Origin: an uncultured Bacillales bacterium
Lineage (GTDB): Bacteria; Bacillota_I; Bacilli_A; RFN20; CAG-826
Length of the DNA stretch: 64,000 bases
Direction of reading: 5' to 3'
NCBI GenBank assembly: GCA_946414655.1
Contig: CAMKPL010000001.1
Coordinates: 125,287 to 189,286, forward strand
Numbering within the stretch: position 1 is the first letter of the stretch; every line of letters begins with the position of its first letter. Position numbers and translations under genes: made by a program. Under the pieces are notes generated by a model that made no database searches, was not told where the DNA came from, and saw only the letters and a program-made list of their open reading frames with translations. Below are positions 56,644 through 64,000 of this stretch, one piece after another.

Positions 56644-57794
56644 GAGGTTAATTTCTCGGCCGTTAAATGTTGGTTGAAATAGCGCAAATTGTTTGAACCA
56701 AGCTGTGCTTTTTCTTTATCGGAAATATCGCAGATTTGCGAGAAAATATTTGATATTTGCAGGGGATTTTCATCAGAAAAGACTGTTCCTTTTGCTTTTT
56801 CAAGAAGGTCTTTTGCATCACCTTTAATTACACCAATTAATGGCTTCCCATATTTCATATATTGAATGGCTTTATTTGGGATTGTTTTACCAACCGTTCC
56901 CTGATTCTTTAATGAGACAATTAATGCATCGGCGTTTTTATAATAACGTTCTGCTTTCTCAATTGGCAAAGCCCCGGCATATTCAACTCTGTCTTCTAAA
57001 TGCTCTTTGGCAATTTGTTTTTTAATATTTTCAAGATTTGTGCCCATTCCCATTAGATAGAGTTTCGCATCATTTCGTTTTAAAAGATTCATCGCTTCAA
57101 CAAGTTCAGAAGTCAATTGTAGTGTTCCAATATTTCCAGCATAAACAAAGTTATGCTTCTTCTCAAAATCGATTGGTTCAAGTTCTTCTTTAGATTTTAA
57201 TATCGGTTGATAAACAACAGGGAACTTTTTGTCAGAAATATGTAGCACATCATTGAAATATGATTTAAAAGAGGGCGAAGAAATAACAATTTCATCACAT
57301 TGCTCATAAAGTTTCTTTGACCATCTATAAAGGATTTTATAAACAATCGACCCTTTTCTCACTGCGCCAGTAACAACAGTAGATTCTGGCCAAAGATCCT
57401 GACAATACAAAACATGTGGAACATGGTGTTTCTTAGCATATTTGATTGCCGGAGCAATCGAAATCACTGGTGATAATGAAATTGATAATACAACATCAAA
57501 ATCGTGGTCGAGTTTTTTTACATAACGTTTTGCATTCCTATGGAATGATAAGTAATTTCGAATGATCGAAATTCGTGAATGTTTTCGTGGATAAAGCTTA
57601 GTTCTTAAAACTCGAACACCATTGATGTTTTCTTCTTTAACTTTCTTGTATTCGTCAAGAATGTATCCATAACCGTAATTTGGTTTTCCGGTCAATACGG
57701 TAACCTCATTACCTTGTTTAACAAGTTCTTCAGCAATATCGCTCGTTGAAAAACGTTCAGGGTAATAATACTGCGTAACCAGAAGAATTTTCAT
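56607..57794 (-). CDS. Glycosyltransferase, GT4 family (WbuB/CapL-like)
   Basis: VTQYYYPE, LTGKPNY, QDLWPES, YAGNIG, TIPNK..YM..GKP. Confidence 0.88.
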   Translation of the reverse strand: MKILLVTQYYYPERFSTSDIAEELVKQGNEVTVLTGKPNYGYGYILDEYKKVKEENINGVRVLRTKLYPRKHSRISIIRNYLSFHRNAKRYVKKLDHDFDVVLSISLSPVISIAPAIKYAKKHHVPHVLYCQDLWPESTVVTGAVRKGSIVYKILYRWSKKLYEQCDEIVISSPSFKSYFNDVLHISDKKFPVVYQPILKSKEELEPIDFEKKHNFVYAGNIGTLQLTSELVEAMNLLKRNDAKLYLMGMGTNLENIKKQIAKEHLEDRVEYAGALPIEKAERYYKNADALIVSLKNQGTVGKTIPNKAIQYMKYGKPLIGVIKGDAKDLLEKAKGTVFSDENPLQISNIFSQICDISDKEKAQLGSNNLRYFNQHLTAEKLTSQLLDVLKEFKK

Positions 57795-57891
57795 AGCAAA
57801 ATTATAATCATTATTGATTAAAAACAAAAACACTCAAATGAATTATTTTTTGTGCTATGCCTAAAAATAATGTAATATCTTTTTTGTACCT

Positions 57892-59367
57892 ATGAAAAAT
57901 CAGGTTCAATCAAACGTTATTGTAAATCTCATTCGAACAGTAACGATGACATTATTGTCTTTCGTTACTTTTCCATATGTATGTCGAGTTCTTGGAGATT
58001 CCGCATTAGGGTTATATTCGTGGGCCGCAGCTTTTGTTTACTACTTTGTAGTTCTTGCAAAAGTCGCCATTCCAAATATTGCTGTTCGCGAATGTATTAA
58101 AGTGCGCAACAATCCAGATGAACTATCCACTAAGGTTCAAGAGTTCTTTATCATTCAAGCTATTGCAACATTAGTCTCATTTGGATTAATGGCAATCCTT
58201 GTTTTCACTATTCCGGCCTTAAGAGAAACCAAAACACTTATCTTCATATTGAGTATCAATTTTTTAACCAATGTTTTGACATTCGAATGGTTATATCAAG
58301 CATTTGAAAAGCACACATATCTCGCTATTCGTTCAATCATTATTGCTTCGGTTATTGATATTATAATTTTCGCCACAATTCGAAGACCGGAAAATGTTAT
58401 TTTGTATTCTTTCCTAGTTGTTTCAACTGGTTTATTAACAATGCTTTCAAATTTGATTTACCTGCCAAAACTCGTACGAATTAAAAAATGTAGACCTTAT
58501 AACTTCAAACAATATATCCCTGTTTTAGCAACGCTTTTAGCCATTGCCTTTGTCGGTTCTTTGTATGATAAAACAGATACGTTTATTCTTGGCCTAATTG
58601 ATCCGTCTAAAACATCTGTTGGTTCCTATACGGTAGGAGTTAAATCAATCGAAATAGTTCTAGGAATAGTTATGTCACTTAGTGCCGTCTTTGTGCCAAG
58701 AGCAGTTTACTATCAGCAAAAAGAAGATGAGAAACAATTCAATAACTTGAACATGTATTCTGGAAATATAACCTTGTTAATTGTTCTTCCGGCTATTGCT
58801 TTATCAATCACCCTGGCCATACCAATCACGAAGGTCATCTCTGGTTTAAGTGGCTATGCTGATGCAGGAACAATTTTAATGGTTCTTTCAAGCATGATGG
58901 CTACATTTTCAATTTGTAATATCGTCTACACTCAGATCTTGATTCCACAAAAAAAGGAAAGGTTTTACCTTTATGTCATCTTGGGGTCTGTAGTATTGAA
59001 TGCGGCATTATCAGTTTTGTTTGGTGTTGTTGTTTTCAAAGACCACCCAGCTATTGGCGTTGCTGTTGGTACCGCTGTAACAGACTTACTGATGCTAGCG
59101 TGTTTAATTGGCCTAACTTGGAAAAACTCCAAACAAATCATCTTCAACACGAACAACATTAAGCTTCTTGTTCTTGCTATTGCTATCGCTCTTATTAACG
59201 TCTTTATTAGACAACCAATAGAAGCCGCGTTCTTAAAAACAATGAATGAGGAAACAGCCTACATTATTGAGATTGTTGCGATCTTCTTAATCGACGCTAT
59301 CATTTACGTTGCCGGTTTAATATTAAGCCGAGAAAAATTCGTTCGCTCTTTAAAATTAAAAAGGTAA
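57892..59367 (+). CDS. wzx: Oligosaccharide flippase (Wzx/MOP family)
   Basis: FVTFPYVCRVLG, FEWLYQAFE, YDKTDTFILG, VGSYT; polytopic membrane protein. Confidence 0.88.
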   Translation: MKNQVQSNVIVNLIRTVTMTLLSFVTFPYVCRVLGDSALGLYSWAAAFVYYFVVLAKVAIPNIAVRECIKVRNNPDELSTKVQEFFIIQAIATLVSFGLMAILVFTIPALRETKTLIFILSINFLTNVLTFEWLYQAFEKHTYLAIRSIIIASVIDIIIFATIRRPENVILYSFLVVSTGLLTMLSNLIYLPKLVRIKKCRPYNFKQYIPVLATLLAIAFVGSLYDKTDTFILGLIDPSKTSVGSYTVGVKSIEIVLGIVMSLSAVFVPRAVYYQQKEDEKQFNNLNMYSGNITLLIVLPAIALSITLAIPITKVISGLSGYADAGTILMVLSSMMATFSICNIVYTQILIPQKKERFYLYVILGSVVLNAALSVLFGVVVFKDHPAIGVAVGTAVTDLLMLACLIGLTWKNSKQIIFNTNNIKLLVLAIAIALINVFIRQPIEAAFLKTMNEETAYIIEIVAIFLIDAIIYVAGLILSREKFVRSLKLKR

Positions 59368-59372
59368 AAACT

Positions 59373-60248
59373 ATGGCAAAACTTCAATGGTTTAGAAATA
59401 TCCTCATCAAAACCTGCCCGGTTTTTTATGTGAAAAAACAATACAAGTACATTACTCATCACAAACTTAATTTAAAAAATCCGGTACGCTATACCGAAAA
59501 ACTTCAATACTTGCGTTTGTTCGTATACCCAAAAGATTTAGAGGTTATTCGCTGCGCATCTCGTGATGGTGCACGCGAATATTTAAAGGAACAAGGATTT
59601 GAGGATTTGCTAATTAAGTCATATGGTGTTTTTGATCGATTCGAAGATATTGACTTTGAAAAACTTCCAAATCAATTCGTTTTAAAATGTACACACGCAT
59701 GTGCATTTAATGAGATAGTTAGAGACAAGTCAAAATTCGATCTCGAAGCCTCTAGAAAGAAATTTCATAAGTGGCTTAATACAAATTACGGTAATATGAC
59801 TTGTGAAAAACATTATTCGCCAATCAAGCCACGAATAATCGTTGAAGAATACATTGGCGAACTTGAACACCTTCCCACAGAATACAAAATACATGTCTTC
59901 AACGGCAAGGCAAAATCGCTTTACGTTGTTACTGGCCGAGGCGAAGATATTCGCTATAACAATTACTACATCGATTGGACACCGTTTGATGGTTCTCAGT
60001 TTAATGGGTGGAAGAAAACGGATCATGAACTAGAAAAACCAAAGAACTGGGAAAGAATGGTTAAGATATCTGAGCAATTAGGAAAAATCTTCCCATTTGT
60101 TCGTGTTGATTTATACAACATAAATGGAAAGATTTATTTCTCTGAAATGACGTTCACCCCTGCAAAAGGCACATTAATTCTTGATGATGATAAGTGTGAT
60201 TTTGAAATGGGAGAATGGTTAGATATCTCTAAATTTTTAAAACATTAA
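59373..60248 (+). CDS. TupA-like ATP-grasp amidoligase
   Basis: NLKNP..YTEKLQ, LPNQFVLKCTH, PRIIVEEYI, FVRVDLY, FSEMTFTP. Confidence 0.88.
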   Translation: MAKLQWFRNILIKTCPVFYVKKQYKYITHHKLNLKNPVRYTEKLQYLRLFVYPKDLEVIRCASRDGAREYLKEQGFEDLLIKSYGVFDRFEDIDFEKLPNQFVLKCTHACAFNEIVRDKSKFDLEASRKKFHKWLNTNYGNMTCEKHYSPIKPRIIVEEYIGELEHLPTEYKIHVFNGKAKSLYVVTGRGEDIRYNNYYIDWTPFDGSQFNGWKKTDHELEKPKNWERMVKISEQLGKIFPFVRVDLYNINGKIYFSEMTFTPAKGTLILDDDKCDFEMGEWLDISKFLKH

Positions 60249-61045
60249 TACCAAACAGAACCTGGAAGGAGCACTTCATAAAGCATAATGCTAAAGTGTT
60301 CTTTTTCTTTGTTTGGATCGCTTGTGTAATCGTCAGTAATCTCGTATCCGGAATATTGGGTTTTATCTTTTAGTTCAAATTCAAAGGACATGGCATCAGC
60401 TCCATAAATCTTTGAACCAACTTCTTCGGTAAAATCCATTTGGACATATGTCGTGTTTCCGTTGTTATCTGATGAGATTGGCAAATCGGCGAAAACAAAA
60501 TCAACTCTGTTATATGTGTTTGTTCCTTCTACGCGTACATAGAACTTCATGGTTACATCAACTTTAATCTTGGTATAAGGTTTTCTAGCCTCAGAGCTTG
60601 GGAAGGCAATAGTTGTACCTCCTCGAAGTGCAAAAGCTAATCCTTGGCTACCACGATATTCTTTAGGGAAGAACGTTCCATAACCAGTCTTGTTTAACTG
60701 AACTCTTGAACGGGTTGTAAGACCGTCACAACGTAATCTTCCGTCATAAAGTTTAGATAAATAGCCATATGAAAATTTGTCTTCTTCTTTAATTAAATTC
60801 TTCACCTCAAATCCATAATCTGAGTGGTCATTAGGAATCTCTTTATTATCGAGATATACGAGATTTGACACGTGAATTGTGGAGATTTCTCCAATTTCCA
60901 CTTTGTCTACACCACCCCATTCGGTGTAATAGTTGTTATCGAAAACTGACGAATTATAACGACCATGTTCGAATGATTCGTCGGTCTTTCTACAACCAAC
61001 AAGAACTATTGCTAAAACAGGAAGAATTAAGTATCTCTTTTTCAT
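60245..61045 (-). CDS. Lipoprotein of unknown function
   Basis: MKKR plus hydrophobic stretch and lipobox LVGC; overlaps the upstream gene. Confidence 0.82.
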   Translation of the reverse strand: MKKRYLILPVLAIVLVGCRKTDESFEHGRYNSSVFDNNYYTEWGGVDKVEIGEISTIHVSNLVYLDNKEIPNDHSDYGFEVKNLIKEEDKFSYGYLSKLYDGRLRCDGLTTRSRVQLNKTGYGTFFPKEYRGSQGLAFALRGGTTIAFPSSEARKPYTKIKVDVTMKFYVRVEGTNTYNRVDFVFADLPISSDNNGNTTYVQMDFTEEVGSKIYGADAMSFEFELKDKTQYSGYEITDDYTSDPNKEKEHFSIMLYEVLLPGSVWY

Positions 61046-62490
61046 TGTTTTTCCTCCTGATCGCTATCGCTAAAATCATATTCTTCAACCGCCGAAATAC
61101 CTTTGCCTGTATCAGCTTGTTTTTTAATTTTCTTCTCAAATTCAACCGGTTCTATACCTTTAGCATTGGCGACATAACCAAGTAAAAAAAGTAGAACCAT
61201 AAACATCGTAAAGCGGCTAAATGAATTCAAATAGGTGCTAACGTGTATTAATGGAAATGTTTCAAACGCAACCGAATAATAAAGAACAAAAATAATTAAA
61301 AATGTAATAATGACTGATTTTGTAAGATGACTATCATTGCTTTTTGAAACATAACGTTTTGTTGCAAAGAACGAAAGGACTCCAAAAACAACTAGAGCAA
61401 TTAAGGCAAAAATTCCACCCTCTTTTAAAACTTCTAATTCAAAGTGTCCGCTAGAAGACATTAATGCTTTTTCTGTTGCTCCATATACATCTTCGATATT
61501 TCCGGCTTTAAAACCAAATAGGTTATACGGCTTAAAAGCTGGCGCTAAAACATCATTGATGCCGGACATAACATGATTTGTGTTAAATAAATGATCAGTG
61601 AACAAGTTGGCGGAAATCGCTTTTGCAAACCCTTCTGAAACATTATTTAAAACAACGAAGAAAACTCCAATTCCAATTAATATAGAGATAACAATCAACG
61701 CCCACTTTAATAATTTTTTGAATAACTCGTTATCCTTGAAAAACTTATAAATAGAGCCAATCACTAAAATAATTGCAAGGAATATAATTCCGGTTAGTGA
61801 TGTAACTGTTGCTATTGCAACAATTGAAATAGCGGCATAAATTGAAACAATCAAAAACTTTTTTGTTTCTTTTTTTCGGTCAATAAAGAACAGGGCCGGA
61901 ATCGACGTAGCTAGTAAGACGGCAAATTGTGTGCCATAAGAAATTGTTGATTCATAAAATTTTAAACCAATTATCACGCTCATTTCTTTGGTAAGGTCAA
62001 TTACCTCGCCGCGATAATAACCATCTGGTCTGGAAGAATAGATTAAAGGATAAAATGGCCCGTAATCGAACCATGTAGCGAACATATTAATTAACACGAG
62101 CAAAGCCAATCCACCACCAATGCAAATTAAGGCAAGTTCAATGTTAAACGATTCGTTTCTTCTGGCACTCAGTCCCATGAAAAAGAATCCAAGAATACCA
62201 AGTAGAGCGCAAATATTATTCAGTGTGTTCCCGGCGTAATAATCTGATCCACCAAAACTTACAAGAACAGCAAAAATAATTAACGGAATAATTAAAACTA
62301 GCAGTCTTACTAATTCGCCTTTTTTAAATTGACTACCACTCGTTATGAACGAAAAAATTGCTACCAAAAATCCAGCAACGTGAAAAACGATATTAACACC
62401 ACCAAGCCCAAAGGTCGTTAAAGCTAAAACCTCAAAAATTAGGAACGCTACGATTCCTTCATAAGCTTTAAGTGAATTTTTTACAGTCAT
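61042..62490 (-). CDS. Polytopic membrane protein, possible Wzy polymerase/O-antigen ligase-like
   Basis: About 12 hydrophobic helices, a large late loop, then GHFELEVLKEGGIFAL (resembling the HN..LE..GI.G pattern); near wzx. Confidence 0.6.
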   Translation of the reverse strand: MTVKNSLKAYEGIVAFLIFEVLALTTFGLGGVNIVFHVAGFLVAIFSFITSGSQFKKGELVRLLVLIIPLIIFAVLVSFGGSDYYAGNTLNNICALLGILGFFFMGLSARRNESFNIELALICIGGGLALLVLINMFATWFDYGPFYPLIYSSRPDGYYRGEVIDLTKEMSVIIGLKFYESTISYGTQFAVLLATSIPALFFIDRKKETKKFLIVSIYAAISIVAIATVTSLTGIIFLAIILVIGSIYKFFKDNELFKKLLKWALIVISILIGIGVFFVVLNNVSEGFAKAISANLFTDHLFNTNHVMSGINDVLAPAFKPYNLFGFKAGNIEDVYGATEKALMSSSGHFELEVLKEGGIFALIALVVFGVLSFFATKRYVSKSNDSHLTKSVIITFLIIFVLYYSVAFETFPLIHVSTYLNSFSRFTMFMVLLFLLGYVANAKGIEPVEFEKKIKKQADTGKGISAVEEYDFSDSDQEEKQ

Positions 62491-62502
62491 ACGTAAATTA
62501 TA

Positions 62503-62982
62503 TTACTTATGATATGTTTCGTGATTTAAAATTTTGAAACAACGGTAGATTTGTTCCAAAAGAACCAATCTAGTCATCTGATGAAGAAAAGTCATTTTTG
62601 AAAGAGAAATCGATGTGTTTGCTCTCTTTTTAAGCTCATCAGAAAGTCCATACGATCCGCCGATGACAAAAGTTAAAAAAGCGCCTGCAAATTCCAACTT
62701 TTTTTGCAAAAATGTAGCAAATTCTTCTGAAGAAAATTCCCTGCAATTCATATCTAAATTTATCAAAACATCACTACTCTTAACCAATTTCAAAACGCGT
62801 TTTCCCTCTTCGTTTTTTGCACGTTCAATATCTGATTGATTTGGGTTATCTTTTACAGATGAATCTGCCACTTCTACAATTTCAACATCGCAGTATGGTT
62901 TAATTCTTTTAACGTATTCGAAAATACCCGATTTCAAATAATCTTCTTTGATTTTTCCAATAGCAATAATTCGAATTCGCAT
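62503..62982 (-). CDS. rlmH: 23S rRNA pseudouridine(1915)-N3 methyltransferase
   Basis: IAIGKIKE, FVIGGSYGL, SKMTFLHQMTRLVLLEQIYR, YHK. Confidence 0.96.
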   Translation of the reverse strand: MRIRIIAIGKIKEDYLKSGIFEYVKRIKPYCDVEIVEVADSSVKDNPNQSDIERAKNEEGKRVLKLVKSSDVLINLDMNCREFSSEEFATFLQKKLEFAGAFLTFVIGGSYGLSDELKKRANTSISLSKMTFLHQMTRLVLLEQIYRCFKILNHETYHK

Positions 62983-63015
62983 GATCTTATTATACTGAAA
63001 TAACTTTTCTATAAA

Positions 63016-63049
63016 AAGAAAACTCTAGCTCTTAACTAGAGTAATTTTT
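63016..63049 (-). terminator. Terminator downstream of tmRNA
   Basis: ACTCTAG/CTAGAGT stem followed by a T-rich tract on the minus strand. Confidence 0.7.
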
Positions 63050-63052
63050 CAT

Positions 63053-63447
63053 TGGTGGAGTCGGCGGGCATCGCACCCGTGTCCACAGAAGGCCCCACAA
63101 TAACGTCTACAGCTTAGACGATATTAGTGATCTCGTATGTTCTTTGCATATCGCCTGCTTGAACAATACAAGGTTCATTAACGTTCGACAATGATTAGCG
63201 AACCAACTGTCATTATCTATCCTTTTGGTATGACACCTACTTCAAGCGTGAAAGGCTAAAACCTTGAAGGGCGGTCTGTCCGGCGCCTAGCGTCGGTCCC
63301 TATGTCGGGTCGCTTATGCGAAGCAGACGGCTTGAGCTCTAGGAGCTCTCATATAACTGTTGTCAGTTATTTTGTTTTGATGATAACGTCATCACTCGGC
63401 TGCAGTTAATGCCAGGCAATCATCCGTGTCGAAACTATATCGACCCC
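63053..63447 (-). ncRNA. ssrA: tmRNA
   Basis: 5' GGGGUCG pairs with 3' CGACUCC-ACCA (G3-U70 Ala identity); UUUCGAC after the 5' strand; AUAACU then resume codon GAC; tag ORF 63364-63314 DNSYMRAPRAQAVCFA*. Confidence 0.95.
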
Positions 63448-63534
63448 AAATGTGTGATTATCTTATCACGGTAATTAGTTTTCTACAAATATTTATTTGT
63501 TTTGCCCAATTTCTTTGATAACATATATTGCGCT

Positions 63535-64000
63535 ATGAAAAACTTCAAATTAATTCTCAAATCACTATTCTCAAATAATGCTGCCGTTGAAGGTGCTCGT
63601 CACCGTCCATGGTATTTCGCAGTAATTATGTTCTTTGTATCAATGGTTCTTGCATTGGTGCCAATCTTTGTAACAAACATCTCTAAACGCGGATCTGATG
63701 TTGTTAAAAACTATAGTTACAACATGGATAATCTTTCTCTTCGCTTTAGCGAAGAATTAAAAGATAAAAACGTTGAAATGGAAGTTAGTTACAACGAAGC
63801 GGAAAAGAAAAACATCCTTATTACTGACCAAAGTGCATGGGATGCCGCATTCCCTGAGACATACAAATTTAAAGACGTTGATTATCACGTTTATGTCCAC
63901 AAGAATGAAGCTGCTCAAAACGATCTTCTCGCCTATTATTTAGGCGCAATGTCAAGTAGCGATCTTTCTGATTTTGCTAAATCTGTTGAGCAATTTTATA
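63535..64000 (+). CDS. Membrane protein of unknown function; partial, runs off window end
   Basis: Open frame MKNFKLILKSLFSNNAAVEGARHRPWYFAVIMFFVSMVLALVPIF... with no stop before 64000. Confidence 0.8.
   Translation, partial: MKNFKLILKSLFSNNAAVEGARHRPWYFAVIMFFVSMVLALVPIFVTNISKRGSDVVKNYSYNMDNLSLRFSEELKDKNVEMEVSYNEAEKKNILITDQSAWDAAFPETYKFKDVDYHVYVHKNEAAQNDLLAYYLGAMSSSDLSDFAKSVEQFY

Noticed and set aside
62503-62520. rlmH 3' end (GAAACATATCATAAGTAA) resembling the SCC attB site, suggesting the polysaccharide genes are an integrated island
   Set aside because: The similarity follows from the conserved YHK-stop. I found no second copy and no recombinase.
62983-63075. Element integrated at the tmRNA 3' end
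   Set aside because: tmRNA is followed directly by a terminator and rlmH; no duplicated 3' fragment or integrase was seen.

Overview
This is a gene-dense, low-GC bacterial chromosomal segment read in the standard code (TGG=Trp, TGA used as stop). Gene content and order (pcrA-ligA-gatCAB, tsaE-tsaB-rimI-tsaD, zinc-type S14, ThiT, QueT) suggest a reduced-genome Bacilli/Mollicutes-related anaerobe; this is an inference, not a database result. In order, the window holds: the S10/spc ribosomal operon (rpsJ to partial rpsN), with long Ala/Lys/Pro/Glu-rich extensions on L3, L22, S17 and L5; a prs-queT-tgt-queA-queH preQ1 salvage cluster; glycolysis and peptidase genes; two lipoproteins with a near-identical 93-bp N-terminal module in inverted orientation around a DJ-1/RimK/ABC exporter block; a class III RNR with a fused redoxin domain plus trxB and nrdG; translation and repair housekeeping genes; a TPP riboswitch with an extended thiT; a surface-polysaccharide cluster; rlmH; and tmRNA. 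I saw no CRISPR array, transposase, integrase or prophage. The strongest unexplained patterns are about 14 genes with a -10 box 6-8 nt before an SD-less ATG (probable leaderless mRNAs), the shared lipoprotein module, and the ribosomal-protein tails, two of which share an exact 27-nt repeat. None is established as a new system from sequence alone.
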